DNA from: Leucoraja erinacea
Taxonomy: Eukaryota
Length of the DNA: 64,000 bases
Assembly (NCBI RefSeq): GCF_028641065.1
Contig: NC_073411.1
Span: 13,578,001-13,642,000 of the forward strand
Reading direction: 5' to 3'
The notes under the pieces are model-generated. The model was not told the origin of the DNA, searched no databases, and was given only the letters and a program-made list of their open reading frames with translations. Positions 1 through 11,500 of this stretch are shown here, in pieces (position 1 is the first letter of the stretch; every line of letters begins with the position of its first letter). The translations under genes and the position numbers were made by a program.

Positions 1-252
1 GAACTTTTTTCACACAGAGAGTGGTGAATCTCTGGAACTCTCTGCCACAGAGGGTAGTTGAGGCCAGTTCATTGGCTATATTTAAGAGAGAGTTAGATGT
101 GGCCCTTGTGGCTAAAGGGATCAGGGGGTATGGAGAGAAGGCAGGTACGGGATACTGAGTTGGATGATCAGCCATGATCATATTGAATGGCGGTGCAGGC
201 TCGAAGGGCCGAATGGCCTACTCCTGCACCTAATTTCTATGTTTTTATGTAT
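1..252 (+). mobile_element. CR1-clade LINE 3' end (HER1-like)
   Basis: [14 protein letters not shown] coding remnant, a 3' UTR ggctcgaagggccgaatggcctactcctgcacc and a (TTTCTATG)n tail. Many copies occur in the window. Confidence 0.85.
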
Positions 253-1699
253 GTTTCAGGTCGGGACCCTTCTTCTGATGCAAATGGTTTTTCAGTTTTA
301 CCAAACCTGTGCTGGGTTAGAGCTACACATGTCTGATGGAAACACAAGTTACGATGCCTTGTGTTGACCTCAAGACACTTATAGGCCTAAGTCAGCACAG
401 GTTAGGTACAGTAAAACTCTTCATGCTTATTCCCAATGCACGCTTCCAGTAGTGGATCAAGCTCAAAGTTTACGGCCAAAAATAACAAACAAACTGTCAG
501 CTTTCTTCATCTGTTTTTATTCCTTGTTTCAGTCACTGGATTGGAGTTGGCTGTCCAGCTAAGAGGGAGAAAGCAGTGGAGGTGGATGTCTTGTGATCAG
601 CGGTGAACTCAAGCCTGCCTCCCACCCACGTGGACTTGCGGTACATCAGCTCCCTCTTGTCTTGGGAAGAAATGACATCCCACATTCTTAGCGAACTGGT
701 GACCAGTGCCAGGAAACCCGATTCTCTAGCCCGATGCTCTAATCTTTCCTAACTCCTGGAACCAGGAAGAAATCAATCTGAGGAAGGGTCTCGATCTGAA
801 ACATCACTCATTCCCTCTCATCACCCCAGCATTTTGTGTCTATCTTCGGAAATCAATCAGCTCCTGGAAACCACCCCAAGTGGACACTTGGCAACATTTT
901 CAGCAGAGGGCTTGGGTCTGTTCTGTGCTGTACTGTTCTACGTCCTAACGATCCTAAATGCGTCTCGGTCTGCCCTCTCCATGGTGTGCCTCTTGTGGGA
1001 GAAGGGCTGCTCCATCTTGTGTTGGGAGGGGAGGGCTGGGTAGTGGGAGCATTCTGCCACACAGGACTACACTGGCCAGAAGACTTCTGATTCCAGCTTA
1101 TTGCTCATTCCGCGGCGGGCTTGCGATAAAATGTTTTGCTCGAACAGGTTGCAGACACGGCTAATGACTAATTGTAGTAAAACATGTAATCAATGCACTG
1201 CACAGATCCACCAGCAAACTATTTTTACAATAAATAAAATTCCGTTATATGTGCCTTATAAAAGTGCAGTCACAATCTTATCTGTATGTAATGTTATAGT
1301 TAAGTGATGTCACTGTAACGCTGATGTTTTAACTAAAGAGTCACCTTTGTGGATGTAGGTGAGTATTGTTATATACACCAGGGTGCAAAAATATGGAGAC
1401 CTAAGAGACTGCAGATGCTAGAGTCTTGTGCAAAAACAAAGTGCTGGAAGAACTCAGTGGGCCAGGCAGCATCTGTGGAGGAAAATGGACAGATGATGTT
1501 TCAGGTTAGGATCTGTCTTCAGACTGATGGAATACAGGGGAGAAAAGTGAGAGGGAGGGGAGGGGCAAGAACAGCTGTTCCCTCCCCATCCTCACCTCCT
1601 TACCAGCTTTCTTCGTTCCAGTGAAGAAGGGTCCCAATCTGAAACATCTCCTGTCTATTTCACCCTACTGACCCACTGTGGTGAGAGATGGAGGCAATA

Positions 1700-2050
1700 A
1701 TAATGTGTGGTCCTCACCTTTCTCCCACCTGCCTTCCGCATCTATTCTCCGACATTGCTGCCACCTTCAATGTGATCCCGCCACTGCTCACATCTTCCTG
1801 CCATCACCCCTTTCTGCAGGAGGTAGGGACAATGCTCTCCAGAAGTCTCACTGACTCTGCCCCCTCCCCAAGCACATTCCCCAGCAACCTCAGGGGATAT
1901 AACACCTGCCCCTACACCTCCTCACTCACCTCCATCTTCTAGGGACCCCAGTAATCCTTCCAGGTGAGGCAGAGGTTAACGTGCACTTCATCAAACCTCA
2001 TCTCCTGCATCCAGTGCTCCTGACGTGGTCCTCTCTACATTGCCAGGACC
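1700..2050 (+). mobile_element. Penelope-like element, GIY-YIG endonuclease relic
   Basis: Translates as TCPYTSSLTSI..GP..SFQVRQRLTCTSSNLISCIQCS*RGPLYIART, matching the PLE motif FTCxSxNxIYxIxCxxCxxxYIGET. Confidence 0.75.
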
Positions 2051-2363
2051 TTGCTCTTATCTTCAACTGACATCCTAAACCTGTAGAATTTGCTTATGTT
2101 GTTAGAGTATTGTTTTTCTAAGACTGGAAAACTGGGCTGGAGATCAGGGGAGCACTTTGTACATTGGGGCTTGGATGATATTTCTTATCACGTCCTCTTG
2201 GCTCATGAGTATCATAAAGCTAGCTAGATAAAGGATCTAATATCTCCATTGCAAAAATGCAAGGCTGAAGATCAAGAGAGTTTCATTGTCATGTGTCCCA
2301 GACAGAACAATGACATTCTTACTTGCTGCAGCACAACAGTATATGTACACATAGTGCACTGTA

Positions 2364-3635
2364 TAGGGAGGTTTCACGGCAGTCGGGTCACGACCCATGA
2401 CCCGTACTGTTGCTAAGCTATTCCAAATGAACTGCAGGTGGGCACTTACCATTGTGTCCAGCGTAGCGGGCCCGTTAAAACCCGCTGAAATTGTCAATTT
2501 TTATGCTGTAAATAATTATGGAAATCTGGATAAGCGTGTGAGACATTTAGCCTACTTCAGAATTCCAAAAGTGAGGAGAAATTATGGTAGATAGAAACAA
2601 GAGCTGAAGGGACAACAACAGCCAGAGTGCTTGGCGAACATTGGCCGTTGGCTCACTGCATTTCATCAACAGTAAGACATTATTTGTGTTTTTTCTTGAT
2701 TCCTTTGGCATCTAAAAAGTTTCGGAAGTGATAAATGTGGCTGTAATTTTTTTAAATCGCCCATGGTTCTCGTGGGTTTTTACATACAAAATGGAAACGC
2801 CTCTAAAGAAACATTTACAGCCAGATTTATCACTTCTGAGAATTCTTAGATACCAAAGGAATCAAGAAAAAACACAAATAATGCCTTACTTGATGAAATG
2901 CAGTGAGCAAATGCGATAATTCCCAATATTTTCAATGTTGACCAAGCACTTTAGCTGCTGTAGTCCCTTCTCGCTTCTCTATACCTTCATTTCGCTTCAC
3001 GTTTGGAATTGTGAAGTTGGGTACATGTCTCTCACACTTACCCCGACTCCCACAATTGTTTTCAGCGCAAAAATTCAACATTTTGGCGGTTTTTAACAGG
3101 TAGGAAAGTACACGTTTCTTGCATTAATAACATATACCTGAAGTGACGGATGTCTTCAATAGAGCATGTCATTATACATTGTGAGAGCTATGAGGAAGAA
3201 GACAAATGAGTGAACGATTCAGAACAGAAAAAGTACAATTTGATTTAATAGATATTTTACAAAAGAATTCATATAAGTGCTATCAAATCCTATTGCTTTT
3301 TCTCAGGGTAACCAATTTGTTTGGAAAGATATAGGTTATTTGTAGGTAGACAAAATTGCTGGAGAAAGTCAGCGGGTGCAGCAGCATCTATGGAGCGAAG
3401 GAAATAGGCGACGTTTCGGGCCGAAACCTTTCTTCAGACTGATAGGTTATTTGTATATAAGTTATAATGTTATTTGATCCACACTCCACACCAGTTGGTA
3501 GCGGTAATGCATTAAAAAGTTGTTTGCCAACCGCCAAAAAAAACTACATAGAAGATGACGGATGTCTTCCAGTTGGATTTAGCGGCTCGGTGCGTCGAGC
3601 CCTATGACCCGGTGACCTTTCGTGCAACCCCCCTA
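2364..3635. mobile_element. Non-autonomous DNA transposon, TAGGG..CCCTA termini, 14-bp TSD
   Basis: TIR TAGGGAGGTTTCACG / CGTGCAACCCCCCTA; direct repeat CATAGTGCACTGTA at 2350-2363 and 3636-3649; internal inverted repeat about 2605-2745 / 2815-2968; nested Penelope piece 3340-3440. Confidence 0.8.
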
Positions 3636-3829
3636 CATAGTGCACTGTATACAATATGATAAATGAGGGAGAAACAAAGAAATAAAATAATGAATGATTG
3701 GGGAGTGAAGAATGTGGAGAGAGATCTGATGAGATGGGGTGATATTAATTGTGAACGCTTTCACACCTCCAGTTTAAATTCCATTTGGAATATTTTGGAG
3801 GACCAAGAACCAAGAACATCTCCTGCAGG

Positions 3830-4111
3830 ACTCTGACCCCGGGCCCAGGACATCACCTACCCCGGGACATTGCCCCAGCCCCCCCCTGAGGCCCGACCTT
3901 GCTGGGACCCCCATCCAAGGACAGACCAAGCCCCAACTCGGGCCCCAGGCTCCAGACCCGGGCCCTAGGACTAGGCCCCCCCGCCCGTTGCCCTGGCGAC
4001 CGCCGCCGTTGCCGGGACGGAAGCGGCTGCCATGACGATGGCGGCGGCAGCGTGCGCGTCCCCGCGGCCGGGCGTGCGTGCGGGCGGTTGGACGGTGACG
4101 CTGGAGCGGCG
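3830..4111 (+). promoter_or_regulatory. CpG island promoter and non-coding exon 1 of ENKD1
   Basis: CpG-dense stretch with a GC box (ccccccgccc 3977-3986), X-box GTTGCCCTGGCGAC 3987-4000, CGGAAG ETS core 4018-4023, and a consensus donor GCG|gtgagt at 4112. Confidence 0.75.
3987..4000 (+). promoter_or_regulatory. RFX-type X-box
   Basis: GTTGCCCTGGCGAC versus the palindromic consensus GTTGCCATGGCAAC, upstream of a ciliary/centrosomal gene. Confidence 0.65.
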
Positions 4112-4125
4112 GTGAGTGAGTCCGG

Positions 4126-5652
4126 GGACGGGGGGCAGTGGGGGTGGGGTAGAGGGGGCAGTGGGACTGGGGTAGAGGGGGTAGTGGGGCTGGGGTAGAG
4201 GGGGCAGTGGGGGGGGGGGGTAGAGGGGGCAGTGGGGCTGGGGTAGAGGGGGTAGTGGGGGTGGGGCTGGGGTAGAGGGGGCAGTGGGGGGGGGGGGGGT
4301 AGAGGGGGCAGTGTGGGGGGTAGGGGGGGGGCAGTGGGGGGGGGGGTAGAGAGGGGGCAGTGGGGCTGGGGTAGAGGGGGCAGTGGGGGTGGGGGTAGAG
4401 GGGGGCAGTGGGGGGGGTAGAGGGGGCAGTGGGGGTGGGGGGTAGAGGGGGCAGTGGGGGGGGGGGTAGAGGGGGCTAGGGGGCGGGGGTAGATGGGGGC
4501 AGTGGGGGGGGTAGAGGGGGGTGGGGGGGTAGAGGGGGCAGTGGGGCTGGGGGTAGAGGGGGCAGTGGGGGTGGGGTAGAGGGGGCAGTGGGGGTGGGGT
4601 AGAGGGGGCAGTGGGGGTGGGGTAGAGGGGGCAGTGGGGGGGGGGAGGGGGAGGGGGCAGTGGGGGGTGGGTAGAGAGGGGGCAGTGGGGGGTGGTGGGG
4701 GTAGGGAGAGGGGGCAGTGGGGGTGGGGGTAGAGGGGGCAGTGGGGGGGGGGGGGGGGCAGGGGGGGGGGGGGGGGGGGGGAGGGGGGGGCAGTGGGGGG
4801 TGGGGTTAGAGGGGGCAGTGGGGGGGGTGGGGTAGAGGTAGGGGGGCAGTGGGGGGGGGGGGTAGAGGGGGGGGCAGGGGGGGGGGGGGTAGAGGGGGCA
4901 GTGGGGGGGGGGGGGGGGGGCAGTGGGGGGGGGGGGGGGTAGAGGGGGGGCAGTGGGGGGTGGGGGTAGAGGGGGCAGTGGGGGGGGGGGGTAGAGGGGG
5001 CAGTGGGGGGGGGGGGGTTTAGAGGGGGCAGTGGGGGGGGGGGTAGGGGGGGCAGTGGGGGGGGGGTAGAGGGGGCAGTGGGGCTGGGGTAGAGGGGGCA
5101 GTGGGGGGGGGGGTAGAGGGGGCAGTGGGGGGGGGGGTGGGTAGAGGGGCAGTGGGGGGGGTAGAGGGGGCAGTAGGGGGGGTGGGGGGGGGGGTAGGGG
5201 GGGGCAGTGGGGGGGGTGGGGTAGAGGGGGCAGTGGGGGGGTGGGTAGAGGGGGCAGTGGGGGGGGGGTAGTGGGGCAGTGGGGTGGGGGTAGAGGGGGC
5301 AGTGGGGGGGGGGGTAGAGGGGGCAGTGGGGGGGGGGGTAGAGGGGTGTGGGGGGGGGGGGTGGGGGGCAGTGGGGGGGGTGGGGGTAGAGGGGGCAGTG
5401 GGGGGGGGGTAGAGGGGGGGCAGTGGGGGGGGGGGTAGAGGGGGCAGGGGGGTGGGGTAGAGGGGGGCAGTGGGGGTGGGGTAGTGGGGGGCAGGGGGGG
5501 GGGGGTTAGAGGGGGCAGTGGGGGGGGGGGGGTAGAGGGGGCAGTGGGGGTGGGGGGGGGGGTAGGTAGGGGGGGGCAGAGGGGGCAGTGGGGGGGGGGT
5601 AGAGGGGGCAGTGGGGGGGGGGGTTTAGAGGGGGCCGTGGGGGGGGGGGGTA

Positions 5653-5689
<37 letters not shown>

Positions 5690-6068
5690 GGGGGTGGGGG
5701 GGGGGGGGGGGGGGGGTAGAGGGGGCAGTGGGGGGGGGTAGAGGGGGGGCAGGGGGGGGGGGGTAGAGGGGGCAGTGGGGGGGGTAGAGGGGGCAGAGGG
5801 GGGGGGGGGTAGGGGGGGCAGTGGGGGGGGGGGGTAGAGGGGGGCAGTGGGGGGGGGGGGGGTAGAGGGGGCAGTGGGGGGGGGGGGGGGGGTAGAGGGG
5901 GCAGTGGGGGGGAGGGGGGTAGAGGGGGGCAGTGGGGGGGGGGTGGTAGAGGGGGCAGTGGGGGGGGGTAGAGGGGGCAGTGGGGGGGGGGTAGAGGGGG
6001 CAGTGGGGGGGGGGGGCGGGGTAGAGGGGGCAGTGGGGGGGGGGGTAGAGGGGGCAGTGGGGGTGGCG

Positions 6069-6160
<92 letters not shown>

Positions 6161-7000
6161 GGGGTAGAGGGGGCAGTGGGGGGGGGGGTAGAGGGGGGCA
6201 GTGGGGGGGAGGGGGGTAGAGGGGGCAGTGGGGGGTGGGGTAGAGGGGGCAGTGGGGGGGGGGGTAGATAGAGAGGGGGCAGTGGGGGGTGGGGTAGAGG
6301 GGGCAGTGGGGGGTGGGGTGGGGGGGGGGGTTAGAGGGGGGCAGTGGGGGGGGGGGGTAGAGGGGGCAGTGGGGGGGGGGGTAGAGGGGGCAGTGGGGGG
6401 TGGGGGTAGAGGGGGGGCAGTAGGGGGGGGGGGGTAGAGGGGGGTAGTAGAGGGGGCAAGTGGGGTGCAGGGGGGCAGTGGGGGTGGGGGTAGAGGGGGG
6501 CAGTGGGGCTGGGGTAGAGGGGGCAGTGGGGTGGGGGTAGAGGGGGCAGTGGGGGTAGAGGGGCAGTGGGGGGGGTGGGGTTAGAGGGGGGCAGTGGGGG
6601 TAGAGGGGGCAGTGGGGGTGGGGGTCCGTGGAGGGGGGGCAGAGGGGGCAGTGGGTAGAGGGGGGTTTAGTGGGGGGGGGTGGGGCTGGGGGGGGGTAGA
6701 GGGGGCAGTGGGGCTGGGGTAGAGGGGGGCAGTGGGGGGGGGGGTGGGGCAGAGGGGGGCAGTGAGGGGGCAGGGGTAGAGGGGGGGGCAGGGGGTGGGG
6801 GTAGAGGGGGCCAGTGGGGGGGGGTAGGGGGGGGGGGTAGGAGGGGGCAGTGGGGGGGAGGGGGGGGTAGAGGGGGCAGTGGGGGGGGTAGGAGGGGGGC
6901 AGTGGGGCTGGGGTTAGAGGGTTAGGGGGGGCAGGGGTCAGTGGGGACAGGTGGGTAGGGGCAGGGGCAGGAGGCAGGGGGTGGGAGGGATAGGGTTGAG
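4126..7000 (+). repeat. G-rich minisatellite, unit about GGGGTAGAGGGGGCAGTG(G)n
   Basis: About 100 imperfect tandem copies with variable G-run length. It degenerates into purine-rich low-complexity sequence up to about 7820. Confidence 0.95.
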
Positions 7001-8436
7001 GGGGCGAACATGGGGCATGGGGGGGAGGGGGGTTAGCGGGGGTAGAAAAGGGGCAGTGGGGCCAGGGGAGGGGGTAGAGGGGAGACAGGAGGGTAGAGGG
7101 GGACAGGGGGGGCAGGGTGGGGCTGGGGGGTAGGAGAGGGTGTGGGGGGATAGGGGTGGGCGGGGCTAGGGGGGTGTAACGGACATGCAGGGGGTAGAGG
7201 GGCAGGGGCGGATGCCAGGGGGCAAGGAAGCTGGAGTCGGGGACAGGAGGATAGAGGGAGGTAGGGATGGGGGGTGGGGGGGTTAGATGGTGGCAGGGGG
7301 GGTCGGGGCTGGGGGTTGAGGGCAGTGGGGGGGGGACAGGAGGGTAGAGGGGGCAGGGGGGGCAAGGAGGTAGGAGAGGTTGTGGGGAGTGGGGGGGGGA
7401 GAGATAGGGTTGAGGGCGTGGGGGGGGTAAAGGGGCTAGGGACAGAGCTAGGGGCGAACAGGATTTAGGGGGAAGAAGAGGATGGAGGGGAGAGGAGGGG
7501 GGGATAGAGGGAGATAGGGAGGGGGGGGGGGGGTGGAACTGGGTTAGGAGGGGTGAGGGGGTGGGGGGGGCTAGGGGACAGGGTTAGGGGGAAACATAAT
7601 GTAGGGGTACAGAAGGATAGAGGGGAGGAGGGCAGTGGATGAGGGGGGGCCGGTGGCAGGGGGGCCAGGGGCAAGGGCGAAGGACAGGAGATGATGAGCC
7701 GGGGCAGGAACCAGGGTTACAGTAGGGACCAAGGGCAATGGAAGAGCAAAAGGACAGTGGTCTGCGCAGACGGTAGAGTAGGGGGCAAGGGCAGGGGTGG
7801 CAGTGAGCACAGGGAGAGGTCGAGAACCCACCCCGTCGACCATCCTTATATTGACTTAAGGTAATCAAAGATATGGAATAAAGTTGAGGTAGAAATCAGA
7901 CATCTAATTAAATAGCATAATATGTTTGGAGTAGGAAACAAAGTGCTGGAGGAGCGGGTCAGGCAGCAACTGTGGTGGGAAATGGACAGACAGCATTTTC
8001 ACAAGTTATGGGAGCAGAATTAGGCCATTCGGCCCATCGAGTCTACTCTGCCATTCTATCATGGCTGATCTCTGCCTCCTAATCCCATTTTCCTGCCTTC
8101 TCCCCTTAACCCTTGACACCCGTTCTAATCAAGAAATCGTCCATCTCTGCCTTAAAAATATCCACTGACTTGGCCTCCACCGCCCTCTGTGGCAATGAGT
8201 TCCACAGATTAACTACTGACTAAAGAAGTTCCTCCTCACCTCTGAAGAAGGGTCCCGATTCAAAACATTGTCTTTCCGTTTCCCTCCACAGATGCTGCCT
8301 CACCCGCTGTATTTCTCCAGCACTTTGCATTTTGAGTGTAGCGTCTTTGTACGGCTAAATGGATTCTCGGTCTTTGTTCCTCTCTTTAACCAAGCTACTT
8401 TGACAATGCTTTGTTACAGCATTATCAGCAAAGAAA

Positions 8437-8521
8437 ATGTCTGAAGGACCCTCAAACATATCTGGACCTATTCCACCAGACCCAACGCTGTTCCCAGACT
8501 TTTACCGACGTCCGATATCAG
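8437..8521 (+). CDS. ENKD1: ENKD1 coding exon 1 (MSEGPSNISGPIPPDPTLFPDFYRRPIS)
   Basis: Acceptor ttgttacag ends at 8419, ATG at 8437, donor G|gtgaat at 8522. Confidence 0.95.
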
Positions 8522-11500
8522 GTGAATGATTATTCCGTTTTTTTTCCCCAGGTAAAATTGCTCCAATTTTCCACTTTAGTAGAGTTAGTTAAATCACACC
8601 ACTTTGATCTGGGTGGCCGTTTTGGCCTTAAAGCAGAAGGCAGTACAAACTGGGTGGGGGGGGGGGAGGGAGGGGGAGGGGGGGGGGGGAGGGGGGGGGG
8701 GGGGGGGGGAAATATCTGGTTGTCACGCGACACAAGCTTTCTGTCATTCTATACACCAGGAAATAGTTTGTAACACAGTTAAGGAAAGGCAAGGAGTAAG
8801 AAAGAGACAACAAATAAATTCTTATGGTAGACACAAAATAAATTCTTATCTTGTCAATAAAAATAGAAAATGCTAAACGTATTCAACAGACCAGTTAATA
8901 TCTATCGGGGAAGGGTCTCGACCTGAAAAGTCACCTGTTCCTTCTCTCCAGAGATGCTGTCTGACCCGCTGAGTTACTCCAGTTTTTGTGTCCATTGACA
9001 GAGAAACAGTTAACAGAGCAGGTCGATGATTAGCTGTTTATCTTGTTAAATTAGCAAATTTGCTGTAAGCGTCACAGTGTTGGACACTGTGAAGAATTTA
9101 ATGGATGGGTTCTTAGTAAAAGGTTACGATCTTTTATGGGATAATGAGATACCTGTGTGTGATTACAAGGCAGACATTGGATGAAATGTGGAGTTGGATT
9201 AAATTAATCGGAGTAGTGAGGTGGCCTATTCTTTACTCCCCATTTTTTTATTGGACCTGGTTTACAATATATGTGAATCTTTTTATGGTGCATTCTTTTG
9301 TGGGTGGATCCTATTGATCTGGTTATGTAAAGTGACAGAGAAATGTCTGTACTTGGGGGTGGGGGTGGGAAGGGTATGGTGGGGGGTCTCAACTCAAAAC
9401 GTCGCCAATACCTTCTCTCCATAGATGCTGCCTTACCCGCCGAGTTTCTCCATCAGTTTGTGTCTACCTCCCATCTAAGTTTATTTTCCTTCTGTTTCTG
9501 CCCGCAGCTCGGGGAAGGTTAGAAGGGAACAGCCTAAAGCTAGACTTCCTCACAGGACCACTGGCTCCGGACCCCACTTTGTACCCGTCATGCTACAGTG
9601 CCCGTCTGCCCCGGCCAGCCCCTCGTGTACGTGCGGATGCCCGGGAGATCCTCGAGAGGGGACAGAGGGGCTCTGTGGGCGTGCTGCTGCAGTTGGAAGG
9701 AGTGTCACTGCACAGGCAGCCTCCGCCAAGAAGTTAGTGGACTCTTTTACTGCTTACATCTGTGTATCCTTCAGCACCAACAAGGAACTGCAGATGCTGC
9801 TTTATAAAAATAGACATATAGAGTTGGAGCAACTCAGAATGTCAGTCAGTTGGGTCGCCAACTTCCTCACTCCCAAATAAGGGACAAAAGGTTAAAATAA
9901 AGGACAAATTCCTGACGGCAATTCCTTAACCGACTCGGCCGTGGCTGGGTGAATGATGAGTTGGCCCGGGTGCTGGACTGCACACAAAGCCCAGCCGGCG
10001 GGCCAGTTGAAGTCCGGCACCCCATCCAACTCGTGAACCGATGATCGGCCATGAGAAGGAGGGGTGGTGGTGGTGTCAGTCACAAAGGGCGGACAGCTGG
10101 CCGGGCTGCCGACCGACGGGGTCACGGGCGAGGCGCTGCTGCTGCTGCACTCCATGGGCTGCACTACGTCAGGACGGGTGAGGCGGGGCCGGTCGCGGCA
10201 CTCCCACCCGACAGTCCCCTCGACCCGAGTAGTAGCACTCAAATACGGGACAAGGGCGGTCCCGTACGGGACAAACCAATTTAGCCCAATATACGGGATG
10301 TCCCAGCTAATACGGGACAGTTGGCAATCCTATCAGTCAGCATCTCTGGAGAACATGGATAGTTGATGTTTTGGGTCGGTGCTTATCCTCAGGGTCCTGA
10401 GCAGAAACTATAATTGTTCTCCAGAGATGTTTCCTGACCCTCTGAGTTACTCCAACTCTTTGTGTATCCATTAGTGTTGGGTCTGCAATTTCTTGTGCTG
10501 AACAGCCTTATTGCTATAGTGGGATATCTCCATTAATGAAAAAACATATTAAAAAACACAGTAATTAAAATAAATAAATAAAACAGCTTTTGATGATGGG
10601 ACGGCAACTGTATGTGTTTGGCTATTGCTTGGTGATTTGGTGATCTATCCCAGACACCTGGCGGTTCATCTGTGCCTCCCAATTTATAGAACAGGAACAG
10701 GCCCTTCAGCCCACAGTATCTGTGCCAAACATGACGCCAAGACCATCTCCTATCAGCCTTCATTCCCCGCATATCCATGTGCTTATCAAAACATCTCTTC
10801 TGCCATATTATGGAAATGTTTACAGAAATCCCAGTGATGGTTAGATGACTTCAGTCAATTAGTTCTGTAAAAAAATCTCTCGGCTCACTAGAGATGTTTT
10901 ATTCCAATTGCATGGACCAGTATTAGGACAGGAACAGAACGTTCGGCCCACAATGTCCACACTGAACACGAAGCCAAGTAAAATGAACCTCCTCCAAATG
11001 AGAGGAAATCAAATCCTGAGGATTGGAAGGGCCACCTGGCTCGAAGGGCCGAATGGCCTCCTGCACCTATTTTCTAAGTTTCTATGATTGCCCTCCATTA
11101 GTGCCCAAACCACTGCCACGAGGCTCACCGGACTATAATCTCCTGGATTTAAGAAGGATTTTGTTTCTTGCTAGAGAAGGAGCCCAGGGACCACGAGAAG
11201 GAGAACGTGCGGCGAATGCGGGAGATCCAGAAAAAATGCAGAGAGAAGGACCAGGAGCGTGAACAGAGCGGCCCCAAACCGGTGAAAGCGTTGTGGAAAT
11301 CCCACAAGTATGAATCCGTTCCATCAAAAGTGATGGCTCGCTTACAGGTAAAGGCCCGGCCTAGGTGTGAGAGAAGCTCCTGGCAGGCAGGGGAGTAGTG
11401 GGAGGCTCCTGAATGAATAGTGAGATGGATAAACTTGCACAAAGCAGAACAGAGTAAATGACTTGTGTGTGGGCTCCGTATGAAGTCAAGTCTCTCTCGA

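Noticed and set aside
5241-7868. Gly-rich and Pro-rich ORFs on both strands
   Set aside because: Translations of the G-rich minisatellite in ENKD1 intron 1, with no coding signal
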